DNA of 64,000 nucleotides from Candidatus Aegiribacteria sp. (GTDB taxonomy: Bacteria > Fermentibacterota > Fermentibacteria > Fermentibacterales > JCC-6): NCBI GenBank assembly GCA_030620995.1, contig JAUXIK010000006.1, positions 137 to 64,136 on the forward strand. The letters run 5' to 3'. The notes beneath the pieces are model-generated. The model saw only the letters and a list, made by a program, of their open reading frames with translations, was not told the DNA's origin and did not search any database. Position 1 is the stretch's first letter. Every line of letters starts with the position of its first letter. Shown here in pieces: positions 49,444-58,202 of this stretch. Both the position numbers and the translations under genes were made by a program.

Positions 49444-52233
49444 ATGATGTCAGGATTAGTTCTTTTGGTTCTGGTAGCTGCCGGTTATCCCGGCCCTGAA
49501 AGCAGGGCTGACTACGATATGAATGTCTCGCTTCAGACGGATTCAAACATGATTCACGGTTCCGTGGAAATTGTCTTTACCAACGGGGTGGAATTCCCTG
49601 TTGATACACTCTGGCTTCATCTATATCCAAACGCTTACAGAGATCATACAACTGCATTCGGGCAGGATCTCGAGGCAGTCGGCCGTTACGGATTCAGAGC
49701 ATCTCCGGAATCGGAAAAAGGCTGGATCGATCTTTCGGACTGGAGTGCGGACGGGGAAGCTGTTGTGCCTTCAGTTGATGGCTCTCTGGCATTCATCCCG
49801 CTTGCTGATCCTCTTCAACCAGGTGAATCAATTCTGCTTTTTGGCGATTTCGACGTGCATGTTCCCAAATTCTGGAGCAGGATGGGGCATCTGGGAGATA
49901 CTTATCAGATAACGCAGTGGTATCCTAAAATGTGCGTTCTCGATGAGAATGGATGGCACAGGGCACGATATCACTGGAGAGGAGAGTTTTACAGCGATTA
50001 CGGGAATTATTCGATAACACTTGATGTTCCCGGGGAATTTATCACTGCTGCTACAGGATGTGTTGAAAGCACTTCTTTCAGTGAGGATTCACTTAGAAGA
50101 ACAGAAGTCTGGACCGCTGAAAATGTTCATGATTTCGTGTGGGCGGCCAGTCCTGACTATACTGTTCGCGAACACACATACGTCTATCCTGAAAGTCTGG
50201 GTTCCTGTTCGGTGAGTGTGCACCTGGTTCTGCTCGATGATTCAGATGATCACTGGGATGAGGTTCCCGCGGTTATCGATTCCACTCTTCTCTATTATGG
50301 AGAATGGTACACTCCATATCCTTACGAAGACCTCTGGGTAGTGGAGCCGGTTGTAGTGAGCGCAGGGGGGATGGAATATCCCCAGTTCGTATTCTCCGTG
50401 CCTGATTTTCCATTTCTCAGGATTCTTGAGATGGTCACAATGCATGAAATCGGGCACCAGTGGTTTTACGGGATGCTCGGTAATGATGAAGTAGAAGAGG
50501 CATGGCTGGATGAAGGAATGAACACCTTCAGTGAACTTCGCTATATGCAGAGAAGACATGGCTTCAGTGGTAATATGTCCAGAACTCCGGACTGGATACT
50601 GGAACTGAGTGATCAGGACATGAGTCTCATGACATATGTAACAGGTACTCTGGCCGGGGAAGAGGTTCCTGTACTCAGTAATGCTACCGAGGCCGGGGAT
50701 GGAAGCCATCCAACCGGATTCACCTATTACGCCAAGCCAGCCCTGTTCATGCGGATGCTTCAGCGGCAGATGGGTGAAGAGGATTTTAATCAGGTCATGT
50801 CGATCTACTTCGAAAGATTCATGTTCCACCATCCTCATACTGATGATTTTCAGGCAATAGTGGAAGAAGTTACAGGGAAATCCTGGGACGAGGAATTCAA
50901 TTTCTGGCTTAGAGGAACTGCAAATGCGGACGTTCTCATAAAGAATGTAACCTTCAACGCGGATTCAACTACTGCAATTGTTGCGGGTGATATCCCGCAC
51001 GAACTGGAACTTGATCTTTTGTTCCTTTCCGGTGAGGATTCTCTTATTACAAAGGCCACACTTACTCCGGGATTGAGTGATACAGTCACAGTTTCTGGAA
51101 ACTGGAGCACCGCCGTAATAGATCCGTTTCTATGCATGCCTGACAGGGCCCCATGGAATAACGCCTCGCCACCTCTCGGCCAGCTTAAACCGATGTTTCT
51201 TCCGATTCCAAGACCGACCCATCACAGCCTGTGGGTTCTCCCGTTCCCATCTTACGCCGATCATTCATGGAGAGCTGATATCATCTGCATGTCATCAACA
51301 ATTCCATCGTATATGGGAGGTCCGTACACCTGGACCGCATTTGCCTCTATTCCATTCAAAAGCGAGAGTTACTCGGCATGGGGTGCTTCTTTCCATATGC
51401 CTCTGTACCGGGAATATCGACGCAGCATCTATATGTCTTCCGGAATTTCAAGAGGGTACGGAATCGGCAGGGCTTCTCTCGGTGCTGACTATCTGCGAAG
51501 CGGCAGAGTGGCGACCGATCCTCATTACAGGATCTCGCTTGATATGGATCTGTTCTGCGTGGAGGACACAACGGTATACGGTGCTCTGAACGTCGAGGAA
51601 GGTAACGCTTTTGAATTCACAACATGTATAGCTGCCGTTGATCGGAACTACAGGTTATCATGGAACGGGGCTTTGAGTATTCTGGCTTCTCCGGAATGGA
51701 ATAACGAAGCTTACGCCAGGATTGACGGCAGGATCGAACTGACAGGCAGACTCTGGGGAGATTATCTGGCCAGAACCAGGATATATGCAGGCAGAATAGC
51801 CGGTGATGCTCCCGTTCAGCGCTTCTTAAGACCCGGTGGCGGACTCTTCGCAGAGGGTATTATGGGGGCATTTGTTCCCCCGAGCGGTTCGCTTTCCCCT
51901 CTGGAGCATTATTTCGTTCGGTCAGGACCAGCGCTTCCAGGCTACTGGAACAGCACCCTTCGAGGAAGAGCAGCCTTCTCGATTGAACAGAGATTACCGT
52001 TGCCCTCGCTGTTTATTCCTGTTGAAATATTCGGAGGAGCTGGATGGCTCGGCGATTCCTTTGGAGATTTCTCAGGTGATGATATTCTCTTAAATGCGGG
52101 AATAGCCGTGCGGATTGCGATGCTTGAAGCGATCTTTCCCATATGGGTATCCGATCCGGAAGGTGATGATAGCGAATGGGAATTCCGCTGGAGGATTGGA
52201 CTGTCACCCGCCGGTTTACCCGATCTGTACTGA
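49444..52233 (+). CDS. M1-family zinc metallopeptidase domain fused to a C-terminal Omp85/surface-antigen-like beta-barrel region
   Basis: ATG 49444 follows GGAGG. Signal peptide. 'GGMEY' and 'HEIGHQWFYGMLGNDEVEEAWLDE' give HExxH-X18-E. The C-terminus 'LPGYWNSTLRGRAAFSIEQRLPLP...FGGAGWLGDS...NAGIAVRI' resembles the Bac_surface_Ag barrel. Confidence 0.7.
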   Translation: MMSGLVLLVLVAAGYPGPESRADYDMNVSLQTDSNMIHGSVEIVFTNGVEFPVDTLWLHLYPNAYRDHTTAFGQDLEAVGRYGFRASPESEKGWIDLSDWSADGEAVVPSVDGSLAFIPLADPLQPGESILLFGDFDVHVPKFWSRMGHLGDTYQITQWYPKMCVLDENGWHRARYHWRGEFYSDYGNYSITLDVPGEFITAATGCVESTSFSEDSLRRTEVWTAENVHDFVWAASPDYTVREHTYVYPESLGSCSVSVHLVLLDDSDDHWDEVPAVIDSTLLYYGEWYTPYPYEDLWVVEPVVVSAGGMEYPQFVFSVPDFPFLRILEMVTMHEIGHQWFYGMLGNDEVEEAWLDEGMNTFSELRYMQRRHGFSGNMSRTPDWILELSDQDMSLMTYVTGTLAGEEVPVLSNATEAGDGSHPTGFTYYAKPALFMRMLQRQMGEEDFNQVMSIYFERFMFHHPHTDDFQAIVEEVTGKSWDEEFNFWLRGTANADVLIKNVTFNADSTTAIVAGDIPHELELDLLFLSGEDSLITKATLTPGLSDTVTVSGNWSTAVIDPFLCMPDRAPWNNASPPLGQLKPMFLPIPRPTHHSLWVLPFPSYADHSWRADIICMSSTIPSYMGGPYTWTAFASIPFKSESYSAWGASFHMPLYREYRRSIYMSSGISRGYGIGRASLGADYLRSGRVATDPHYRISLDMDLFCVEDTTVYGALNVEEGNAFEFTTCIAAVDRNYRLSWNGALSILASPEWNNEAYARIDGRIELTGRLWGDYLARTRIYAGRIAGDAPVQRFLRPGGGLFAEGIMGAFVPPSGSLSPLEHYFVRSGPALPGYWNSTLRGRAAFSIEQRLPLPSLFIPVEIFGGAGWLGDSFGDFSGDDILLNAGIAVRIAMLEAIFPIWVSDPEGDDSEWEFRWRIGLSPAGLPDLY

Positions 52234-52247
52234 AACCGGGGAGGAGA

Positions 52248-52505
52248 ATGAAAGCACTTGCGCTTTTCCTCTTGATGTTCCTTGTCCTGACAGGAGCAGT
52301 TTCTGAGGAATTCCAGTCCGAACAGGACAGCACGGATTCCGGACTGTTTCAGTTTCTTGTACGTATGGCCAGGACTGAGATCCGTCCATGGGCAAAACCG
52401 ATCGAGAATGTAGACATGGAGTGGATGCTGGAACTCTTCGAGAGTGGAATAATCACTTTTCATACTGCTGACTGGTATGTTGAAAAGGATGATCCGGATG
52501 AGTAA
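52248..52505 (+). CDS. small secreted protein
   Basis: ATG 52248 follows GAGGAG. Signal peptide 'MKALALFLLMFLVLTGAVS'. Its stop overlaps the start region of the next gene. Confidence 0.45.
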   Translation: MKALALFLLMFLVLTGAVSEEFQSEQDSTDSGLFQFLVRMARTEIRPWAKPIENVDMEWMLELFESGIITFHTADWYVEKDDPDE

Positions 52506-53490
52506 CAGGGTTCAGTGTGTTCTGTGTCCCCATTTATGTACCCTTGCTCCGGGGGAGAGGGGAAGGTGTAGCGTAAGATTGAATGTTGACGGTGAACTTG
52601 TCAGTCTTGTGTATGGCAGACCTGTCGCGGTGCACGTTGACCCGGTTGAGAAGAAGCCGCTCTTTCATTTTCTGCCTGGAATCGACGTGTTTTCTATCGC
52701 GACTGCCGGGTGCAATCTTCGATGTGAATTCTGCCAGAACTGGGAAATCTCCCAGGCAGCTCCTGAGGACGTTACACCATACGATTTACCCCCTGAGGCT
52801 GTTGTTGAGCAGGCAATCGCTTACAATTGCGAGGCTGTTGCTTACACCTATACGGAACCGGTTGTTTATTTTGAATACACCCGTGACACAGCAAAACTGG
52901 CAAAGGAGGCCGGACTGAAGAATATCCTTGTTACAGCAGGGTATATTAATCAGGGTCCGCTTACCGAACTCGCTGAGTATATCGATGCTGCAAATATTGA
53001 TCTTAAATCGATGTCAGACAGCTATTACAGAAATGTATGCGGTGGAACTCTCCAGCCTGTACTTGATACGATAACTACTCTGAAGGAACTTGGAACCTGG
53101 GTTGAAGTAACGAATCTTATTGTACCGACTTTGAATGATGACTCTGGAGAACTGGATGAGCTTGCCAGGTGGATTCTGGAGAACACCGGAGCTGATACAC
53201 CTCTTCATTTCTCAAGATTTTTTCCCATGTACAGACTGATTGATCTTGCTCCCACACCTGTATCCACACTGCAAAGTGCCAGGGAAAGGGCTCTTGAGAT
53301 AGGTCTTCATCATGTTTACGTCGGGAACGCAGTTACGGAGGAGGGGATGATAACAACATGTCCGGAGTGCAATGAAGTTCTCATCAATAGACAGGGATAC
53401 ATTATTACGGAGAACAACATTGAAAATGGAAAGTGCGGTAAATGTTCAACCCCGGTAGCAGGGGTATGGCATGGAATGGAGGAACAGTGA
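52477..53490 (+). CDS. AmmeMemoRadiSam-system radical SAM enzyme
   Basis: 'VQCVLCPHLCTLAPGERGRCSVR' and the radical SAM cluster 'CNLRCEFCQNW'. Adjacent to the Memo/AMMECR1 gene. Start alternatives are 52489 and 52498. Confidence 0.8.
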   Translation: MLKRMIRMSNRVQCVLCPHLCTLAPGERGRCSVRLNVDGELVSLVYGRPVAVHVDPVEKKPLFHFLPGIDVFSIATAGCNLRCEFCQNWEISQAAPEDVTPYDLPPEAVVEQAIAYNCEAVAYTYTEPVVYFEYTRDTAKLAKEAGLKNILVTAGYINQGPLTELAEYIDAANIDLKSMSDSYYRNVCGGTLQPVLDTITTLKELGTWVEVTNLIVPTLNDDSGELDELARWILENTGADTPLHFSRFFPMYRLIDLAPTPVSTLQSARERALEIGLHHVYVGNAVTEEGMITTCPECNEVLINRQGYIITENNIENGKCGKCSTPVAGVWHGMEEQ

Positions 53491-53498
53491 TCAGTAAA

Positions 53499-53660
53499 AT
53501 GAGCAGAAGAAAATTTCTCTCAAGGACTGTTCTACTGCTGTTCTCCGCGGTCGCGGCTGTTGCAGGAGGAAAGCTGCCGCAGGAGAAGGAAACAGCAGAA
53601 CTGGCAGTTAAAAGAACATCAAGAAAGAAGGCGGATTACTACAGGGAGCTTGCGGGATGA
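53499..53660 (+). CDS. 53-aa micro-protein with twin-arginine signal
   Basis: 'MSRRKFLSRTVLLLFSAVAAVAGG' followed by a 29-aa highly charged tail ending 'ADYYRELAG'. Starts 8 nt after the rSAM stop. An ATGA overlap joins it to the next gene. Confidence 0.45.
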   Translation: MSRRKFLSRTVLLLFSAVAAVAGGKLPQEKETAELAVKRTSRKKADYYRELAG

Positions 53661-55162
53661 GAACATTCATAATATTCGCAGTAGTCCTGTTCACCGCCTG
53701 CGGGAACAGTTCCCCCGGAGATGAAGAAGAAGTGTCCGGTACAGGGAGAGCAAGGCCGCCTGTTGTTGCCGGGATGTTCTATCCGGCGGATCCTGTTGAA
53801 CTGAGCAGTATGGTGGACAGACTGATCGACGCATCAGTAGTTCGGAGTACCGGCGGAACAATAATAGCGGGCGTTGTTCCACATGCGGGATACGTCTACA
53901 GTGGTGCTACCGCAGCTGATTTCTACAGTCTTATTGATGGGCTTGAGTTTGATGTTGTGATTCTCATCGGACCATCACACCGTGCTGCCTTCCAGGGCAT
54001 GTCCATATTCGATGGAGATTTCTACCTTACTCCTCTTGGAAGCGTTCCGGTTGCTGCAGATGTCGCTGACAGATTGAGGGAATCACATCCAGCAGCCTCA
54101 TTTATTCCAGCTGCTCACGAGGAGGAGCACAGCCTTGAAGTTCAGATCCCGTTTCTTCAGAGATCAATTGAACCAGGTTTCAGGATAGTACCGATAGTGA
54201 CCGGTTACACAGGAGCCAATGAGCTGCAATACATGGCCGAGTTGATCCTTGCTGAATCGTACAATGAAAAAATGCTTGTCCTTGCAAGCAGTGATCTGTC
54301 CCATTTTCCCGCCGAGAGTCTGGCAAGAGTTGTTGATTCTCTTACCGTGGAAGCGATATTGAGTGGAGACATGAATCAATTCCTTCAGGTTACTTCTGAA
54401 GAAGAACTTCCCTCCGGGCTTGATACGTTTGCGTGTGGAAGGCTTCCAATTGCTCTGGTTATGGCTTATACCGGTCTTTATCCCGGAGTTACATCTGAAC
54501 TGCTGTCGAGCACAACAAGCGCTTCTGTCTCCGGAGACTATTCACGAGTTGTCGGATACGCTTCCATTGCATTTGAATCGTTAGAACCTGAACCGTCGGA
54601 ATGGAGCATTTCAGAGGAAGGGCGAGAAGAACTTCTTGAGATTGCAATCGCGTCTGTTGAGGCGGCAGTTGAAAATACCGGATTTAACTTGCCGGATGAT
54701 ACTTCCCTGGAGCTGTTGATTCCACGCGGAGCCTTCGTGACCTTGAAGAGAAACGGCCGTCTCAGGGGCTGTATTGGCTCTATGAGACCGATTCGACCTG
54801 TTGCCGAGACAGTATTGTTAATGGCCCGGTCAGCCGCGATGGAAGATCCACGCTTTATGCCGGTAACGCCTGGTGAACTTCCTGATCTTGAATACGAGAT
54901 TTCCGTTCTTACACCCCTTCAGATACTTGAGGACTGGCATGATGTAAGAGTGGGAACGGATGGTTTAATGATATCCGCCCGTAACAGAAGCGGTGTCCTT
55001 CTGCCTCAGGTTCCGGTTGAACAGGGCTGGAACAGAGAGGAGTTCCTTGAAGGTGTCTGTCTGAAAGCTGGATTGAGTCCTGACGCCTATCTTGGTGAAG
55101 TTACACTCTACCGTTTTCAAGCTCAGGTGTTTGGAGAAGATGAGGAATACTCAGAAGACTGA
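53657..55162 (+). CDS. Memo (AmmeMemoRadiSam protein B) - AMMECR1 (protein A) fusion with lipoprotein-type signal
   Basis: 'MRTFIIFAVVLFTAC' signal. Memo motifs 'VAGMFYP', 'PHAGYVYSG', 'GPSH', 'EHSLEVQIPF' and 'SSDLSH'. AMMECR1 motifs 'GAFVTLK' and 'LRGCIGS'. Confidence 0.85.
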   Translation: MRTFIIFAVVLFTACGNSSPGDEEEVSGTGRARPPVVAGMFYPADPVELSSMVDRLIDASVVRSTGGTIIAGVVPHAGYVYSGATAADFYSLIDGLEFDVVILIGPSHRAAFQGMSIFDGDFYLTPLGSVPVAADVADRLRESHPAASFIPAAHEEEHSLEVQIPFLQRSIEPGFRIVPIVTGYTGANELQYMAELILAESYNEKMLVLASSDLSHFPAESLARVVDSLTVEAILSGDMNQFLQVTSEEELPSGLDTFACGRLPIALVMAYTGLYPGVTSELLSSTTSASVSGDYSRVVGYASIAFESLEPEPSEWSISEEGREELLEIAIASVEAAVENTGFNLPDDTSLELLIPRGAFVTLKRNGRLRGCIGSMRPIRPVAETVLLMARSAAMEDPRFMPVTPGELPDLEYEISVLTPLQILEDWHDVRVGTDGLMISARNRSGVLLPQVPVEQGWNREEFLEGVCLKAGLSPDAYLGEVTLYRFQAQVFGEDEEYSED

Positions 55163-55178
55163 AGATAAATCACTGTCC

Positions 55179-57179
55179 GTGCTGGCCGCTTTTGCAGGAG
55201 GAATGCTTTCTGTCATTATTCAGGCGGTAGTATTAAGAGAATCCCTTTTTGGTCATCATCAGGCGGAACTGACATCCGGAATAGTCCTTGCATCATGGAT
55301 TGCCGGATCCGGTATTGGCGCGGCAATTGGTGGAAGGACTTCAAAACACAGTCTCCTATGGGTAACGGGTATGATTCTGCTTCCTGTTCTGGGATTTCTT
55401 CAAGTAGCTGCTTCCAGACTGGAGATAATTCCTACTGCGTTATCCGTGCTTCCTGCTGGATTTGTCGGCGGATTGGTGTTCGTGCAGCCATTTGCTTTCT
55501 GCAGACCTGGAAAAGTATATGCTCTTGAAGCTCTTGGTGCTGCAGTTGGTGGCGGGATATTCATCCTTCTTTCGCCGCATCTGCTCGCTTTCGAAATGCT
55601 CTCTGTTTCCATCCTTATCTCTGCCGCCGGCCTGTTGCTCTGTAGAAGACCTGTTCCCGGACTGATTGTTTCAGCTGTTCTTCTGGCAGGATTTCTGTTC
55701 GGCGCACCCGAATCGCTGGGAACCTGGCTTGCAGGTGAATCATTTAAAGAGTATGACAGTGTCAGTATCCACTCATCACCGTACGGAGAAGTGGTTACCG
55801 GAACCAGATCCGGTCAACATGCTATTTTCAGGAGCGGTTTACTGGAGGCTACATGGCCTTCGCTGGAATCCGCAGAGGGGGTTGTCACAGTTCCTCTTAT
55901 CGCGGTTCTGCCATCCCGTGTTCTATATATAGGTTCTTCGCCGGAAGAGGCGCGGATCATATCGGAATGGCCGACCGTAGACAGTGTTGTAACCGTGGTT
56001 CCAGACAGGACACTATGCTTTGTAGCGGAATATCCTGAAGGAACAAGAGCGGGAGATGGAAGACGTTTTCTATCCGGGAATGATGAGCGCTGGGATCTTG
56101 TAATAGTGTCTACGGGCCAGCCTTTGACCCTTCTCTCCAACAGGTTTTTCACCAGAGAATTCTTTGAACTGCTCTCAGGCAGGCTTACTGAGGATGGTGT
56201 CGCAGCTATCCGCCTTCCTGGAGGGATAAACAGATTACATCCACTTGAAGCGGAACTTGCAAAATCCATACTTCTATCCGCGGAGAGTGTATTCCACTGG
56301 AGCAGAATCCTGCCCTCTTCGGGTCTTGTTCTTTTGACGGGAAACGGTCTGGAGCCATCATTTGAAGGTTCGGTACTGGCAGAGAGAATGGATTCCATTG
56401 GAGCATCAGGTGTCTTTGTCAACTCAGGTACACTTCCATTTGATCTGTCACACTTGAGATTGTCCGCTGTTGAGGAACAGCTTCATGCTGCTTCAGCACG
56501 CAAAAATACCGATCTTCACCCGGAGGGCTTCCGGATTGCCTGTGAGTTATGGGATGTAAGGGTAGGTGATGATCAAAAACTCAACCTTACACTTCCCATA
56601 GCCGGTTTATGCTTATTAGCAATGATTACAGCAGCGTTTCTAAGCGGTAAAGTCAAACCTGCCCTGGCGCTGGGTATGGTGGGTTTTATCGGCTTATCCG
56701 TTGAGGTTATCGCTCTGGTTGCCATTCAAGCTGTTACAGGTCACTCATGGGTGCTTGTAGGAGCCATCACCGGCACTTTCATGGCCGGCGGAGCTCTTGG
56801 CGCTCTCGGGCAGGATAAGGGCGTGTTCTGCAATCTCAGACAGCTGGTTGTCCTATCAGGGATCTCATCTCTGTTTTCCGTCCTTGTTCTGTACTTATAC
56901 GATCAGGGGTTGCTTGGTGGCGGACTGCTCTCTTTGCTGCTCCTTATAGGAATTATGGTTTGCGGGGTGGCAAGCGGTGGAGCTTTCCCGGTCGCGGTAA
57001 CACTCCTGAAGGCGGGAGATACGAGAAGAATAGGCCTGCTGGACCTGGCAGAACACGGGGGCAGTGCTGCTGCTGCTCTTCTCATGCCCCTTGTCCTGTT
57101 TCCACTGCTCGGCGCGCAGGTAGCTCTCCTCATAACCACCGCAGCAATAATAGTGACAGGCACTCTTTTAAGAAACTGA
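55179..57179 (+). CDS. polytopic membrane protein with central spermidine-synthase-like domain
   Basis: About 7 N-terminal and about 6 C-terminal hydrophobic segments flank 'VLYIGSSPEE...WDLVIVSTGQP', a degenerate SAM/aminopropyltransferase-like fold. GTG 55179, or ATG 55140/55203. Confidence 0.55.
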   Translation: MLAAFAGGMLSVIIQAVVLRESLFGHHQAELTSGIVLASWIAGSGIGAAIGGRTSKHSLLWVTGMILLPVLGFLQVAASRLEIIPTALSVLPAGFVGGLVFVQPFAFCRPGKVYALEALGAAVGGGIFILLSPHLLAFEMLSVSILISAAGLLLCRRPVPGLIVSAVLLAGFLFGAPESLGTWLAGESFKEYDSVSIHSSPYGEVVTGTRSGQHAIFRSGLLEATWPSLESAEGVVTVPLIAVLPSRVLYIGSSPEEARIISEWPTVDSVVTVVPDRTLCFVAEYPEGTRAGDGRRFLSGNDERWDLVIVSTGQPLTLLSNRFFTREFFELLSGRLTEDGVAAIRLPGGINRLHPLEAELAKSILLSAESVFHWSRILPSSGLVLLTGNGLEPSFEGSVLAERMDSIGASGVFVNSGTLPFDLSHLRLSAVEEQLHAASARKNTDLHPEGFRIACELWDVRVGDDQKLNLTLPIAGLCLLAMITAAFLSGKVKPALALGMVGFIGLSVEVIALVAIQAVTGHSWVLVGAITGTFMAGGALGALGQDKGVFCNLRQLVVLSGISSLFSVLVLYLYDQGLLGGGLLSLLLLIGIMVCGVASGGAFPVAVTLLKAGDTRRIGLLDLAEHGGSAAAALLMPLVLFPLLGAQVALLITTAAIIVTGTLLRN

Positions 57180-57207
57180 AAGGGAGCCAGCATGAACTGG
57201 CTCCCTT
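57180..57207. terminator. hairpin between convergent genes
   Basis: 11-bp stem aagggagccag/ctggctccctt with a 6-nt loop. A T-rich run follows on the minus strand only. Confidence 0.5.
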
Positions 57208-57226
57208 GCAGCACCGTATTTATCGA

Positions 57227-57901
57227 CTAGTATAACAGAGTCTTGATCTGACCCCATGTTGTATGCTCAAGCGCGCCACCACTTATAAGTGAACAGTCAT
57301 CCCAGTAGATCGTACTTCCGCCATCCGAGAACAGATCCAGGCATCCTATTGCTATTGCGCCACCACTGCTCCAGTTAAGCGATTCCAGGAAGACGCCATT
57401 GTAGTAAATGTCCTGAGTGTCAGTGTCAAGATTGATCTCAGCCTTAACCTCGACCCACTGGTCGTAAACTATAGGAACATATACAGAACCTTCCATTATG
57501 AACATGTTACCAGAAGCAGATTCGAACTTAAGCTGTAAAGACCAGTCTTCGCTGTATGCAGTGGGGTAAGTATTGCACAGAATCCAGTACTGATCACCGG
57601 TGGAGCCGCTGGGGATGTAATGCCAGGAAGTCATGACCCATTCGCCAGAATTTTCCGAGAACGGCTGTACGATATCTGAGGTTGGAGTGATTGCAACCGA
57701 ATGGGGAGAGCTATAAGAGTAAACATCAGTCACATAAGCATCAAAAGCCGGATCGTTGTTCCAGCCTTCCCACCCCCCCTGACCGTGCAGCCCGCTGTTA
57801 AGCGCATAGGAATCGAAATTATCATCCCAGTCTGCACTGGCAGCAGGAACAAACAACATCATTATGGCAACAGCAACAAACAGATGAAGCAAATTCTTCA
57901 T
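57227..57901 (-). CDS. secreted protein with C-terminal 'ALEHTTWGQIKTLLY' tail
   Basis: RBS GGAGG. Signal peptide 'MKNLLHLFVAVAIMMLFVPAASA'. W/D-rich lectin-like body. Confidence 0.6.
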   Translation of the reverse strand: MKNLLHLFVAVAIMMLFVPAASADWDDNFDSYALNSGLHGQGGWEGWNNDPAFDAYVTDVYSYSSPHSVAITPTSDIVQPFSENSGEWVMTSWHYIPSGSTGDQYWILCNTYPTAYSEDWSLQLKFESASGNMFIMEGSVYVPIVYDQWVEVKAEINLDTDTQDIYYNGVFLESLNWSSGGAIAIGCLDLFSDGGSTIYWDDCSLISGGALEHTTWGQIKTLLY

Positions 57902-58202
57902 AGCAACCTCCTAAAAGTTAATGAACTATCACAAAAATACTTGTCAACTATTCTAAATAAAGATAAATGATTATATGATTGTAGTCAAATATATATTCTT
58001 CTGTGTCATTCCCATTCAGAAATCCAGTGTACAGATGGTTAATCCTGTTCAGAGATTTGACTCGACCCGGTCAGCTCCGGTATTTTAATATGTGGTGTGA
58101 TGAAGTGCTGGAGAGCTGACTGGAAGAAAAGCAGGAGATATTAAAACCTTTTCGGTATCATGTTACAGTTGAAACAAGTATCCTATCTGTCAGGAGCATT
58201 GT

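Noticed and set aside
58067-58123. Imperfect 11-12-bp hairpin in the pilT leader as a possible c-di-GMP/cNMP riboswitch
   Set aside because: I could not find the conserved GEMM-type sequence features. A single imperfect stem is weak evidence on its own.
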